Source of the DNA: an uncultured Verrucomicrobiae bacterium
GTDB lineage: Bacteria > Verrucomicrobiota > Verrucomicrobiia > Chthoniobacterales > UBA10450
Length of the DNA: 64,000 nt
NCBI GenBank assembly: GCA_963735805.1
Contig: CAVTMK010000003.1
Coordinates: 352,001-416,000, forward strand
Reading direction: 5' to 3'
Under the pieces are notes generated by a model that did no database searches, was not told the DNA's origin, and was given only the letters and a program-made list of their open reading frames with translations. The position numbers and the translations under genes are program-made. Shown here in pieces: positions 48,606 through 61,478 of this stretch (the stretch's first letter is position 1; each line of letters starts with the position of its first letter).

Positions 48606-49595
48606 TCAAAGCTCCTTCCAACTCATTATCTGAGGGCGGCCGCCGGCGCTGCCTCCTTTTAACACTATCATCTGAATAGTACGTGTAATGTCGCCCGATC
48701 TCCCTACGCTCGTGACGCGAAAGACCAGAGTGTTTTTAAAGCCGAACGTCAAGCCCGGAATCTGCTGGAGTTGTTGCTGGTTAAGACCGAGCGCAGTTTG
48801 AACCTCCGGCGGTAATGATCCAGTAACGGCGCCTCCTTGCGTCGTTTGGCCTTGGGCGCCACCGGATTGGAAATCATCAGCTGTTCCATCGATGCCATCA
48901 GGTCCTCTCCGCAGTTGCAAAAAGCGATCTACTTTATCATCTCCACCTATCCCGAAAGCTTGCACGACAGCGCGCAACATGTCTCGCGAAGCCCACCCAA
49001 GATCGAGCATTCCGTTACAATTGCTGAGTGTAAAATCTTCGTCCCAACCCGGCTTAGATGTAAATTCAGTCCACCCACAGATTTTCTTTAGGTCGTCCAC
49101 CGAAGTCAGTGCTGCATGCGCTGGTTGATAATTCTCGCTCTCTGGGCACGCGTTGAGCCGGTGAAGTCCCGGCGGCGACGTCCAGTCAAGCAATGAATCT
49201 ACCATCCTGTCCGCATTATTCAGTTCCACCCCTTTGAGGCTGAGATATTGGCGCAGAATTTCCTTGAGCGCTGTGTTTTCGACTCCCCCGGGCGCGAGCA
49301 AGTTCAAATTCACTCGACCACATTCTCCCATCATTTGGACATCGTAGCCTTCTTGGTTGCCCAGTTGTCCATGCAAGTTCGCAGAATCCGGCTTGACCAG
49401 TGGATGCAATGCAAGGTCGGCGCCCGATGAGGCCATGGCTTCGGCGTCCAAAACGCGGCTTGCATTGCCTGAAATCGCAAGCCGCGAGTTAATCTCCAAG
49501 GCCCATGAAATGATCATCGCGCTGAGCAAGAACAGCGCCCACAACGCAAGCATTAGTGCTGCGCCATTACGCAATTTCGAATTTGAAGTCTTCAT
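48606..49595 (-). CDS. gspK: Type II secretion minor pseudopilin K
   Basis: G/AALMLALW, ECGRVNLN, DSLLDW and SVDDLKKICG. Start moved to MKTSN. Confidence 0.85.
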   Translation of the reverse strand: MKTSNSKLRNGAALMLALWALFLLSAMIISWALEINSRLAISGNASRVLDAEAMASSGADLALHPLVKPDSANLHGQLGNQEGYDVQMMGECGRVNLNLLAPGGVENTALKEILRQYLSLKGVELNNADRMVDSLLDWTSPPGLHRLNACPESENYQPAHAALTSVDDLKKICGWTEFTSKPGWDEDFTLSNCNGMLDLGWASRDMLRAVVQAFGIGGDDKVDRFLQLRRGPDGIDGTADDFQSGGAQGQTTQGGAVTGSLPPEVQTALGLNQQQLQQIPGLTFGFKNTLVFRVTSVGRSGDITRTIQMIVLKGGSAGGRPQIMSWKEL

Positions 49596-49597
49596 TC

Positions 49598-50233
49598 TCA
49601 GTACGGCGTCCGCTTCAGTGGAATAATCACCTCCCATGGCACAGGTGAATCAGTCCGTCCCACAGTCAGCCTTACAAGCCATGGTAACTGGGACGTGTTT
49701 GACCAGCGATCGATCCAGTTGTTCAAGTTTGGACTGAAGTAATTGATCTGGAGACTGGTCACATTCTTAATCAATGGCACCCATGTCTCGTGTCCTTCGC
49801 CGGCACCGGAATCATCTCTGGGTTTTCGCAAAAAGCCGAGGTCCAGCCGGTCGCTCTTTTCGCTTTCCGGTTGCAGCCGCAGCGTAACTGTAAAGTCCCC
49901 TGGAGCATACCGAGTAAGAACCCCAGGACCAGCGCCGGAGGTCCAACGCACCCAATCACGCTCGCGATCATTAAGTTTGAACGGTTCACCGTACATTCTT
50001 GATCGAATGGAACCGAGGTTCTGCCATTCCGCGCTGAGGAGATCGCGCAACCCGTCATACTGGGAGTCCATGGCGGCTGTATCAGATGACAGCCGCAGCG
50101 CGAGCATGTTCGATTGAACAAAACGAAAAATCGCCAGCGACATCAGCCCGAGGATTCCAACCGCAAGCATGATCTCTAGCAATGTGAAACCACCGACGCG
50201 AAAGGTTCGCCCCTTAGCCTGGGCGGTAAACAT
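49598..50233 (-). CDS. Prepilin-type minor pseudopilin (GspJ-like)
   Basis: G/FTLLEIM; C-terminal WIDRW...LPWLVRL. Confidence 0.8.
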   Translation of the reverse strand: MFTAQAKGRTFRVGGFTLLEIMLAVGILGLMSLAIFRFVQSNMLALRLSSDTAAMDSQYDGLRDLLSAEWQNLGSIRSRMYGEPFKLNDRERDWVRWTSGAGPGVLTRYAPGDFTVTLRLQPESEKSDRLDLGFLRKPRDDSGAGEGHETWVPLIKNVTSLQINYFSPNLNNWIDRWSNTSQLPWLVRLTVGRTDSPVPWEVIIPLKRTPY

Positions 50234-50612
50234 AAAACTTGATCTGTTTTGACTCAGGGATGCCGCCCTGCTGCCACTGAGCCGTTAGCGTAACAAGATA
50301 GATTCCATCGAGAAGCGTGTTATCCGGTTCTGTCAGTCCGGCTGCCGCGGCCTTTTGGACGACCTTTATTGCCCCGTAATTGCTGGCGACCTTGAATTCC
50401 TTGGAATCATCTGGAACCCCTCGTGCGGTCTGAATTTCCGCCATGCGATTCGACAAAATCTGTCGCACAGCGCCTTCTTCAGCGTTGATCGCACTTGCGT
50501 TCAGGCAATTCTCCACCGCGTGTCCAAGTGCGATGACGCCGAGGGCAAAAATCGTGATGCCAAGGAGGACTTCGTACAGGGCAAATCCGCGGCGATAGTT
50601 TCGCGTTTCCAT
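50214..50612 (-). CDS. Prepilin-type minor pseudopilin (GspI-like)
   Basis: RRG/FALYEVLL; lies between the H-like and J-like genes. Confidence 0.75.
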   Translation of the reverse strand: METRNYRRGFALYEVLLGITIFALGVIALGHAVENCLNASAINAEEGAVRQILSNRMAEIQTARGVPDDSKEFKVASNYGAIKVVQKAAAAGLTEPDNTLLDGIYLVTLTAQWQQGGIPESKQIKFYVYRPG

Positions 50613-50616
50613 TCTG

Positions 50617-51090
50617 TTATCGCACTGCATAACTCGTAATTTCTGGCCGTCCGGTCAGCGGCGAGTAATTCGCCGTCCATGAACCAGCGGCACCTTGAAA
50701 ACGAACAGTCGCGGGTTCACAGGTTCCCGATGGCCAGAAAATCCATTCAGGCGGATATTTGTCCGCCAGGGCCACCGGCAATGAGAGTCTTAATGTGCTT
50801 CCTTTGCGCGGACGAAACTCAGCTTTTGCTTTAACCTCCTCATCTTCCGCAAAGGCTTCGGGCCGCACTGCAACATTGTTCTTAGCCCAGACAATCAAGT
50901 AGGGACGTCGCTCGGTGACGCTTCGCGTCTGCGCTTCACGCACAAGACTGTTAAAATCATCCAGCGATTGCTTCAAACGTCTATTTGCTATCACGCCGGT
51001 AAGGCTCGGCACCGCCAGCACAAGCAATAACAGCAATATGAAGATACTGAGAGCGATCTCGATTAACGTGAAACCCCGGGCTCGTTGCAC
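50617..51090 (-). CDS. Prepilin-type minor pseudopilin (GspH/FimT-like)
   Basis: RG/FTLIEI, LAVPSL, AQTRSV and IFWPSG. Confidence 0.8.
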   Translation of the reverse strand: MQRARGFTLIEIALSIFILLLLLVLAVPSLTGVIANRRLKQSLDDFNSLVREAQTRSVTERRPYLIVWAKNNVAVRPEAFAEDEEVKAKAEFRPRKGSTLRLSLPVALADKYPPEWIFWPSGTCEPATVRFQGAAGSWTANYSPLTGRPEITSYAVR

Positions 51091-51197
51091 TAGCGAAAAT
51101 TACTCCTTTCACCGGAAATCACAACAGCACCTGCCGACGGCGTTCCTGTCTAGTTGACCATACTCGTCAGCAACGACACGGGTAAAGCAAACCAATT

Positions 51198-51974
51198 TCA
51201 ATGACCCGGGGCATAACCGTGAACTGCGGTGAAAGCGACCGTCTGCGTCCACCAGGCAGGATCGCCGCAATGGCCAAGGAAATTGTCAATCAGTGCGTTG
51301 TTAAGGCTCTCAGAACCGACCAAGTCTTCGCGAAGTTCTTTGATGGTCTGCGTCCAATAATCCGCCCACAAACTGGTCCCGTTGTATACTGGGCTCTCCG
51401 CGGTGCCAGCGATTTGCTCGAGACCCAAGACCGCTAATCTCGGTGCCAGAGTACGGCCGATTTGATAATCGATTCCCCGGTGTCGTGACCATGCAAGCCA
51501 CCCACTCCAGAATGCATGTACTTCGGGCGGCTCGGCGATCGTGACGGGAAGGAAATCCGGCTCAATCAATAGGATGGCACCTCCGGGACGCAAACATGCA
51601 ATGAGATTCACGATCGCCTTTTCGGCGTCAGCAATGTGGTGAAGCACTGCACGGGCGGTTACAACGTCGAAACTGCCAGGCTCCACTGGCCCCGCAACGA
51701 TATCAGCCCTACGAAGCTCCAAATTCGGCAAGTGCACATCGACGAGCGAAAGATCGAGGTCGACTGCTACGGCTCGTCCATCTGGAGCGACTTGCCGGGC
51801 AAGCCACGCAGAAATGGAGCCGTTGCCGCAGCCGACTTCCAGTGTCCGAGCGCCCGATTTAAGGACGTCTAGCGATTGAAGATACCGGCGATGCATTGGA
51901 TCGAGTAGTTCCGACATCAGCGCGAGTCGGTTCCCCTCGCCTTTCAAGTGGTGACCAAGAACATATTCGGGCAT
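51198..51974 (-). CDS. Class I SAM-dependent methyltransferase
   Basis: LEVGCGNG, VAVD, FDVVTARAVLHH and LRPGG. Start moved to MPEYV. Confidence 0.9.
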   Translation of the reverse strand: MPEYVLGHHLKGEGNRLALMSELLDPMHRRYLQSLDVLKSGARTLEVGCGNGSISAWLARQVAPDGRAVAVDLDLSLVDVHLPNLELRRADIVAGPVEPGSFDVVTARAVLHHIADAEKAIVNLIACLRPGGAILLIEPDFLPVTIAEPPEVHAFWSGWLAWSRHRGIDYQIGRTLAPRLAVLGLEQIAGTAESPVYNGTSLWADYWTQTIKELREDLVGSESLNNALIDNFLGHCGDPAWWTQTVAFTAVHGYAPGH

Positions 51975-52111
51975 GCGGCGGCGGTCATCGTAAGTTATTG
52001 AAGTATTAGCGGCAATGGTCGCCTGAAACCGGACGAAGCCGCAATCAGCCGCTAAAAAAAAGCAAGCAACCGACAGCAGCAGCGCTCGTATGTGATAAAC
52101 TTTAAGGCGAA

Positions 52112-53110
52112 ATGAAGCCTGCTTTGCGCATCGGCATCGTTGCAGCTGCACTTTGCGTGGCAGCGATGCTCGTGTGGCAGGGAGTTGCGGCACAGGGAGC
52201 ACCCGATCCGACCCGGCCCAACACCAGCCCGACGGTGGCGTTTCTAGACATCGGAGTCCTTGTCTTTCGCGAAGGACTGGAATGCATCCTGGTTCTGGCA
52301 GCGATCACTGCCAGCATGACGGGCGCCAAACGCACCCATCGTCGGCCAGTCGCGCTGGGCGCCGGCCTGGCGTTTGTCGCCAGCTTGGTAACGTGGTTCA
52401 TCGCAGTACGCATCGTCGGCTCACTTAGTGACAATATGTCGGCACTCGATTTGCAGGCCGCGACCGGGTTGCTGGCAGTCATCGTTTTGCTTGTCATCAT
52501 GAACTGGTTTTTCCACAAGATTTACTGGGGCGGCTGGATTCGCGCCCACAATCGTCGGCGCAAGGCGTTACTTGAAAACGCGCGCACAGCTGAAATCTCT
52601 CATCAGCGTCTCTGGCTTGGACTGATTTTGCTCGGATTCACCTCCCTGTATCGCGAAGGATTCGAAGTTGTGCTTTTTTTGCAAAGCTATCATCTGCGAC
52701 TGGGCGGAGGCGTTGTGTTGAAAGGCGCGCTGCTGGGCATTGTGCTAACGGGGCTGGTCGCGGTTCTGACCTTTGTCCTTCAACAACGTCTGCCATATCG
52801 CAAGATGCTGATCGCTACCGGTATTCTGCTCGGAGTCGTCTTGTTGGTAATGGTCGGTGAGCAAGCACAGGAAATGCAGCTAGCGCATTGGATTCCCACC
52901 ACTGAAATCAGCTCTCTGAAAAACTATATGCCGCCTTGGATGGGGCTCTGGTTTGCGGTGTTCCCGACTGTTGAAACACTGGTCGCTCAGTTTATTGCGG
53001 CCGCTTTAGTAATTGGCTCATACTTCGCTGCAAAACATTTTGGCGGCGGCGAATCTGGTGGAACTGCCGTGGAAGCCCCCGCCCCGAGGATGGCTGCAAT
53101 CAACGCTTAA
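52112..53110 (+). CDS. FTR1/EfeU family iron permease
   Basis: Two RExxE motifs (REGLE, REGFE) in a polytopic membrane protein. Confidence 0.9.
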   Translation: MKPALRIGIVAAALCVAAMLVWQGVAAQGAPDPTRPNTSPTVAFLDIGVLVFREGLECILVLAAITASMTGAKRTHRRPVALGAGLAFVASLVTWFIAVRIVGSLSDNMSALDLQAATGLLAVIVLLVIMNWFFHKIYWGGWIRAHNRRRKALLENARTAEISHQRLWLGLILLGFTSLYREGFEVVLFLQSYHLRLGGGVVLKGALLGIVLTGLVAVLTFVLQQRLPYRKMLIATGILLGVVLLVMVGEQAQEMQLAHWIPTTEISSLKNYMPPWMGLWFAVFPTVETLVAQFIAAALVIGSYFAAKHFGGGESGGTAVEAPAPRMAAINA

Positions 53111-53212
53111 CAGACATTCCGCGGCGCGCTGTGAAAATCTTCGCAGCAGCGTCGTTCCGTTCGCGAGCGCGATTCCAGTTGAACGAAGTCGCGCGCTTTT
53201 CACCTTAGGCGG

Positions 53213-56200
53213 ATGATTACGCCTCGTTGCCGTTATCTTTCGCTGGTCCAATTCGTTTTCGGCATTTCCGCGTTCCTTTTCCTATCTTCTCTTCGACCAG
53301 CTCCATCCCCTACTCCCGCCCCATCGGGAATGATTGATGAAAAATTGTTCAAAGGAATGCAGTGGCGACAGGTTGGACCATTTCGCGGAGGGCGCGCCCT
53401 GGCAATCGAAGGCGTGCCCGGGGAGCCGGACACTTTTTATTTTGGTGCGGTTGCGGGCGGGATATGGAAAACGACTGATGCCGGGGCGAATTGGACTCCT
53501 CTTTTTGACAAACAAGCTATTTCGTCAATCGGAGCAATCGCTGTCGCGCCGTCGGATCACAATGTGATCTATGCAGGCACGGGCGAAGCGGCCATCCGCG
53601 GCAATACGACTTATGGCACCGGAGTTTTCAAATCCATCGATGGCGGAAAGACATGGGAAAACGTTGGGTTAAAAGATAGCCGCCAAATCGGCGCATTAGT
53701 TGTCGATCCAAGAAATGAAAACGTTGTGCTCGTGGCGGCGCTGGGTCATGCGTTTGGTCCGAACGCAGAACGCGGAATATTTCGGACGGCGGACGGTGGG
53801 AAGACCTGGACGAAAGTTTTGTCTAAAGACGAAAACACCGGCGGGATCGATGCGGTTTTTGACCCGCATAATCCGAACATTGTTTTCGCTTCCTTGTGGC
53901 AGGCGCGACGGCAGCCGTGGTTTTTTTCAAGCGGCGGTCCAGGCAGCGGGCTTTATCGGTCTGAAGACAATGGCGTAACCTGGAAACGTCTTGAGGGCAA
54001 TGGCCTGCCTGAAGGAATCCTCGGAAGGATTGGCATCGCGGTTTCCGGCGCCGATTCCAACCGTGTTTATGCCATTATCGAAGCGAAGGAAGGCGGCCTT
54101 TATCGTTCTGATGATGCCGGACAACATTGGACGCGTGTAAATGATGACGGGCGCTTTCGTCAGCGCGCATGGTATTTCAGCAAGGTCTATGCTGATCCGA
54201 AATCCGCGGACACGGTTTATCTTGTGAACACTGGGTTGTTTCGATCGGTAGATGGCGGAAAAACCTTCAACTTGCTGCCAGCTCGTCACGGGGACCATCA
54301 CGGACTCTGGATCGATCCGCAAAATCCTAACCGGATCGCGAACGCCAATGATGGAGGCGCGAGTATCTCACTCGACGGGGGAAAGACATGGACGACTCAA
54401 AACAACCAGCCGACTGCGCAGTTTTACCACGTTTCCGTAGACAACGCTTTTCCGTATCACATTTATGGCGCGCAACAGGATAATACGAGCGTTGGCATCG
54501 CCAGTCGTACGGACTGGGGCGCAATCGGGCCCGCAGATTGGTTCACAGTCGGGAGCGGTGAGTGCGGTTTCGTTCTGGCTGATCCGCGCGATTGGCACAT
54601 CATCTATTCAAATTACGAAAACTCCATCGATCGTTACGACAAGAACCGGGAAGCAACGCAGGACGTCAGCGTCTTGCCTTTGGATAATTCGGGTCACGGA
54701 GCTGCCGATCTCATTCATCGCTTTCAGTGGGTGGCGCCGCTGACCCTTTCTCCACATAATCCCGATGTTTTGTACACCGGCGCAGAATGCGTTTTCAAAT
54801 CGACTGACCACGGGCAGAGCTGGACACAGATCAGCGGCGATTTAACGCGCAACGACAAATCGAAACAACAACCAAGCGGCGGGCCGCTGACTAACGACAT
54901 CACTTCAGTTGAATATTACGACACCGTCTTCGCGCTCGCGGAGTCGCCAGTAAAAAAAGGAACGCTCTGGGTCGGCACAGACGACGGACTTGTTCACGTA
55001 ACGACCGACGATGGACAGCACTGGTCGCAAGTCACGCCAAAGATGCCCGAGTGGAGCACAGTCAGCCTAATCGATCCGTCTCCGCATGACGCCAATAGTG
55101 CGTACGTCGCTGTCGATCGGCATAGACTCGATGATTTCAAGCCATACATTTTTAAAACGACGGATTTGGGAAAGACCTGGAGCGCGATTGTGACGGGAAT
55201 CCCTGATGGCGCTTATGTCCATGCTGCGCGCGAGGATCCTAAGAAATGCGGATTGCTCTATGCGGGCACGGAGCTCGGAGCTTTTGTTTCGTTTGATGAC
55301 GGCACGCATTGGCAGCCACTGCAATTGAATCTTCCGGTCTCGCCCATCCACGACTTGGTCGTAAAGGATGACGATCTCGTCGTGGCAACCCATGGCCGTT
55401 CGTTCTGGGTATTGGATGACCTTACGCCGCTGCGTCAGGTCGGCGCACAATCTGGCCAGACTGATATGGTCCTTTATCAACCGCAAAACGCAGTGCGTTT
55501 GCATTACCCCGAGGAGTACGACAAGCGCCAGCCAGTCGGTGACAACCCCCCGCCGGGTGCAATCATTAATTACTATTTCAAAACCGCACCGAAAGACGAG
55601 GTCTCGCTCGATATTCTGGATGCTTCGGGCAAAGTCGTCAGGCATCTTTCCAGCAAAGAGAAAAAAGAAAGTGAGCAGCCGCCTGAGTGGCCGGATCGCG
55701 TGGAGCGAGCAAAAACAATTCCCGCAAATGAAGGGATGAATCGCTTTGCGTGGGATCTGCGCTTCGATGATCCTATTCAGATCCCCGGTGCATTTTACTC
55801 TGGTGTTGGACCGAGAGGGCCACTCGCGCCACCTGGCGATTATCAGGTGAAGTTGACCGTCGGCGGGAAGGCGAAGAGCGCGCCGCTGCATCTGGCGATT
55901 GATCCGCGAAACAAGGGCGCCGAGGCCGCCGTACAAAAGCAATTTGCTTTGGCGACACAGGTCAATGATTCGATGTCGCGATTGCATCAGGCGGTTAACG
56001 AAATCCGCGATCTGAGGTCGCAGATTCAAACGTTGCACAAACGGTTCGGCGACGATCCCAAGTTAAAACCGGCTTTCGCGGCGGCAGACGATCTCGACCA
56101 CAAAATGTCGGAAATCGAACAGAAACTTACTCAGGTAAACATGAAAGGCTCGGAAGCCAACCTTGCCTTCCCCGATATGCTGAATGAGCGCTTTGAAACA

Positions 56201-56401
56201 TTCAGCCACACAATCGAGTCTGGTGATACGGAGCCTACCCAGGGACAACTTAATGTTTTCCAAATGTTAAGCACTCAGTTGGAAGAGCAGTTAAGGAAAT
56301 GGGCGCAACTGAAAGCCGAAGACGTCTCGACGGTAAGCGAATTGATAAAGCAAGCCAACCTGCCTGCGCTCATCATCTCGCAGCCGAAGAAAAGTGGGTA
56401 G
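53213..56401 (+). CDS. Exported VPS10/BNR-repeat beta-propeller protein (glycosyl hydrolase-like)
   Basis: WRQVGPFRGGR, many S/T.DGG.TW Asp-boxes, HGDHH, QFYHV, GAQQDN and ATHGRS. Confidence 0.9.
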   Translation: MITPRCRYLSLVQFVFGISAFLFLSSLRPAPSPTPAPSGMIDEKLFKGMQWRQVGPFRGGRALAIEGVPGEPDTFYFGAVAGGIWKTTDAGANWTPLFDKQAISSIGAIAVAPSDHNVIYAGTGEAAIRGNTTYGTGVFKSIDGGKTWENVGLKDSRQIGALVVDPRNENVVLVAALGHAFGPNAERGIFRTADGGKTWTKVLSKDENTGGIDAVFDPHNPNIVFASLWQARRQPWFFSSGGPGSGLYRSEDNGVTWKRLEGNGLPEGILGRIGIAVSGADSNRVYAIIEAKEGGLYRSDDAGQHWTRVNDDGRFRQRAWYFSKVYADPKSADTVYLVNTGLFRSVDGGKTFNLLPARHGDHHGLWIDPQNPNRIANANDGGASISLDGGKTWTTQNNQPTAQFYHVSVDNAFPYHIYGAQQDNTSVGIASRTDWGAIGPADWFTVGSGECGFVLADPRDWHIIYSNYENSIDRYDKNREATQDVSVLPLDNSGHGAADLIHRFQWVAPLTLSPHNPDVLYTGAECVFKSTDHGQSWTQISGDLTRNDKSKQQPSGGPLTNDITSVEYYDTVFALAESPVKKGTLWVGTDDGLVHVTTDDGQHWSQVTPKMPEWSTVSLIDPSPHDANSAYVAVDRHRLDDFKPYIFKTTDLGKTWSAIVTGIPDGAYVHAAREDPKKCGLLYAGTELGAFVSFDDGTHWQPLQLNLPVSPIHDLVVKDDDLVVATHGRSFWVLDDLTPLRQVGAQSGQTDMVLYQPQNAVRLHYPEEYDKRQPVGDNPPPGAIINYYFKTAPKDEVSLDILDASGKVVRHLSSKEKKESEQPPEWPDRVERAKTIPANEGMNRFAWDLRFDDPIQIPGAFYSGVGPRGPLAPPGDYQVKLTVGGKAKSAPLHLAIDPRNKGAEAAVQKQFALATQVNDSMSRLHQAVNEIRDLRSQIQTLHKRFGDDPKLKPAFAAADDLDHKMSEIEQKLTQVNMKGSEANLAFPDMLNERFETFSHTIESGDTEPTQGQLNVFQMLSTQLEEQLRKWAQLKAEDVSTVSELIKQANLPALIISQPKKSG

Positions 56402-56469
56402 CACTTGGATGGCGAAGCTCCGCAACCCTGGCCGAGAAGTGTTGAACGTGCAATGAGCCAGCCACCGAT

Positions 56470-57189
56470 ATGACCAAGATTGATAAAGGGGTCGTGCTGG
56501 CAGCCGGGCGCGGCACACGCATGCGCGAACTCACCGCCGATTTTCCCAAACCGATGATAGAGGTGCGCGGTAAGCCGGTTTTGCAGCACATTCTAGAAGG
56601 GCTTCGCGATGCAGGCGTGCGCCAAATTTTACTTATTGTGGGTTATCATGCCGACACAGTGCGAAATTTTTTCGGTGATGGTGCGCGCACCAATGTCGAC
56701 ATCGAATACGTCATACAAACCGTGCAGGATGGCACTGGCCGTGTTGTCAATCTTGCCCGTAACTTCACTGGTGGCTCGCCGTTCGTTTTGAGCTATGGCG
56801 ATATTTTGATGAGCCCGGCGAACTACAAGCGCGTCGTAAATCTTTCTAACAATCTCGAAGGGTCCATCACGGTTACCCGTGGTGAAGATGTCAGCAAGGG
56901 CGGCGCCGTTTTTGTGAACGAGCAAATGGAGCTCGTCGATCTTCGAGAAAAACCAAAGCCAGGCGAACCAACAAGTCCCTGGTATAACGCCGGTCTATAC
57001 GCATTTCGGTCAAGCATTTTCGAATTCATCGCCAGATTGAAACCATCGCCGCGCGGGGAGTACGAACTCACAGACGCAGTCCGCGATCTTGCGCGTTCGG
57101 GCAGGAAGGTAAAAGTGCTCGAGCTAACTGGTGATTGGGCGGACGTCCGCGATCCTGAAATTCTAAGGAAGTTGAATCAACGTTTATAG
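56470..57189 (+). CDS. Sugar-phosphate nucleotidyltransferase
   Basis: LAAGRGTRM..PKPM, YGD, EKP and SPRGEYELTD. Confidence 0.9.
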   Translation: MTKIDKGVVLAAGRGTRMRELTADFPKPMIEVRGKPVLQHILEGLRDAGVRQILLIVGYHADTVRNFFGDGARTNVDIEYVIQTVQDGTGRVVNLARNFTGGSPFVLSYGDILMSPANYKRVVNLSNNLEGSITVTRGEDVSKGGAVFVNEQMELVDLREKPKPGEPTSPWYNAGLYAFRSSIFEFIARLKPSPRGEYELTDAVRDLARSGRKVKVLELTGDWADVRDPEILRKLNQRL

Positions 57190-57217
57190 GAAGGCGCGCC
57201 ACCTACCGCGCAGACCC

Positions 57218-58045
57218 TCATCGCGATTGTTCGGCAGCCTCTTCGGATGGTTCTTCGCCGATTTCTTCTTCAATTTCACGACGCCAGTCGCGCGAGAGCC
57301 AGGAGCGCAGCAAGCCATAAAGCAGATACGCAAGGAAAAGCACCGCCGGCATCCACTCATAGTTAAGCACGGTAAAAATGACAACCAGGATGATGATAAG
57401 AAAACGCGGAATCGATTTCTTGGTCTTCCAGTTAAGCGCTTTGAAACTCGGATACTGAAACCGGCTGAACATCATGAAAGAAAGAAAGAGCAGTAAGGGA
57501 GGCAGAACGAAGCGCCAGTTACCGAGGCGATGTGTGCCCTCAGCCAGCCAAAGGAGAAACAGTGTGATCGACGCAATCAAACCCGCCGCGGCGGGAATAG
57601 GAAAACCCGTGAACGTGTGTTGGTGATTCGCACCGTTATGTTTCGCTGCCGCAGAATTAAAACGGGCCAGCCGAAGTGCTCCGCAGGTCAGGTAAATAAA
57701 CGCAATGATCCAACACGCGCGCGGGAACTCCTGCAACACGACCCGATAGACCATCAACGCAGGAGCAAGCCCGAATGATACAATATCAGCGAGCGAATCG
57801 AACTCGCGACCGAATGGACTTTCGTGCCCGCCCAAACGAGCAAGGCGCCCGTCTAGAAAATCAAAAACAAACGCGCCGAGGACAAACCAAATAGCGATGT
57901 GAAAAAGATCGCTGGCTGCATCGGGATTGGACGCCTGTAACAGCGCGCCCTCAAGAATTTTCAAGACTGCCGTAAATCCGCAAAACAGATTTCCTGCCGT
58001 CATTAAATTTGGCAAAAGATAAATTTTGGACGGTTGTTCGTTCAT
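57218..58045 (-). CDS. pssA: CDP-diacylglycerol--serine O-phosphatidyltransferase
   Basis: LPNLMTAGNL, DFLDGRLAR..FGREFDSLADIVSFG and LRLARFN; adjacent to psd. Confidence 0.92.
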   Translation of the reverse strand: MNEQPSKIYLLPNLMTAGNLFCGFTAVLKILEGALLQASNPDAASDLFHIAIWFVLGAFVFDFLDGRLARLGGHESPFGREFDSLADIVSFGLAPALMVYRVVLQEFPRACWIIAFIYLTCGALRLARFNSAAAKHNGANHQHTFTGFPIPAAAGLIASITLFLLWLAEGTHRLGNWRFVLPPLLLFLSFMMFSRFQYPSFKALNWKTKKSIPRFLIIILVVIFTVLNYEWMPAVLFLAYLLYGLLRSWLSRDWRREIEEEIGEEPSEEAAEQSR

Positions 58046-58689
58046 CACTGGGGTAGGCGCGCGATGATTGTGGATCCTCCAGAAACGTGATCGCCTCTTT
58101 TTACAAAGACTTCGGCTTCGAGCGGTAAATATAATTCCGTGCGCGAACCGAAGCGAATCATCCCGAAGCGTTCTCCTTTTTTCAATTCATCTCCCACGCG
58201 CGCCCAAGCCACGATGCGCCTGGCAATCGCGCCGGTTAGTTGCCTAACGACAATCGTTACTCGTGGATTTTCGAACGCCCATGTCATTGCTTCATTTTTC
58301 TCCGTACAATCTGGATCCCGAGCATCGAGACAGAGACCTTCGTGGTGCTGACGATAAATGATGCGTCCATCGATTGGCGCTCGATTTGTGTGAACATCGA
58401 AGATTGATAAGAAAATTCCCACGCGCCGCGTTTTTGTTTTGAGAACTTCCTTCTCATCCAAATCAACAATGTCGCTTACCCTGCCATCAGCCGGAGCAAC
58501 AATCAGTCTCGGATCTGCCAGCACAGGACGATCCGGGTCCCGAAAAAAGGCGATCGTGAAGAAAAAAAGCACCAAAAAGACCAGCGACAACCATACCGAA
58601 ATAAACCAGGACACCACGATAGCGAACGTCAGAATCAGAAAAATCCAGCGTGCTTCTAAAATCGTTTGCGCGCGCATCAAGGATCGCAT
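58045..58689 (-). CDS. psd: Phosphatidylserine decarboxylase proenzyme (short type)
   Basis: FFRDPDR, APADG, DVHTNRAP and RFGSR self-cleavage motif. Confidence 0.93.
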   Translation of the reverse strand: MRSLMRAQTILEARWIFLILTFAIVVSWFISVWLSLVFLVLFFFTIAFFRDPDRPVLADPRLIVAPADGRVSDIVDLDEKEVLKTKTRRVGIFLSIFDVHTNRAPIDGRIIYRQHHEGLCLDARDPDCTEKNEAMTWAFENPRVTIVVRQLTGAIARRIVAWARVGDELKKGERFGMIRFGSRTELYLPLEAEVFVKRGDHVSGGSTIIARLPQ

Positions 58690-58766
58690 TTTCCGAGTTT
58701 AAAATCGCATGGTCAAGTAGTGAGAAATATGCTTTCAAGAGCGCTCGTTCCGGGTCCAACGAGCGG

Positions 58767-58782
58767 ATACAATATCTTGAGC
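58767..58782. promoter_or_regulatory. NrdR-box-like palindrome upstream of gyrB
   Basis: ATACAATATCTTGAGC resembles the consensus acaCwAtATaTwGtgt. Confidence 0.4.
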
Positions 58783-58898
58783 TTGACCCGGCCCTGGCAC
58801 CCTACCCCTAGCGCTATCAACGGGGAATGACCTACGAGATATTAGTTGTTTATCGCCACATTTTGGGTATCCTCTTACCAAGGTCTTTTCGCCCTTAA

Positions 58899-61472
<2,574 letters not shown>

Positions 61473-61478
61473 TCCAAG

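Noticed and set aside
58795..58810. Sigma54 promoter at TGGCAC upstream of gyrB
   Set aside because: No TTGC at the -12 position (reads CCCTA)
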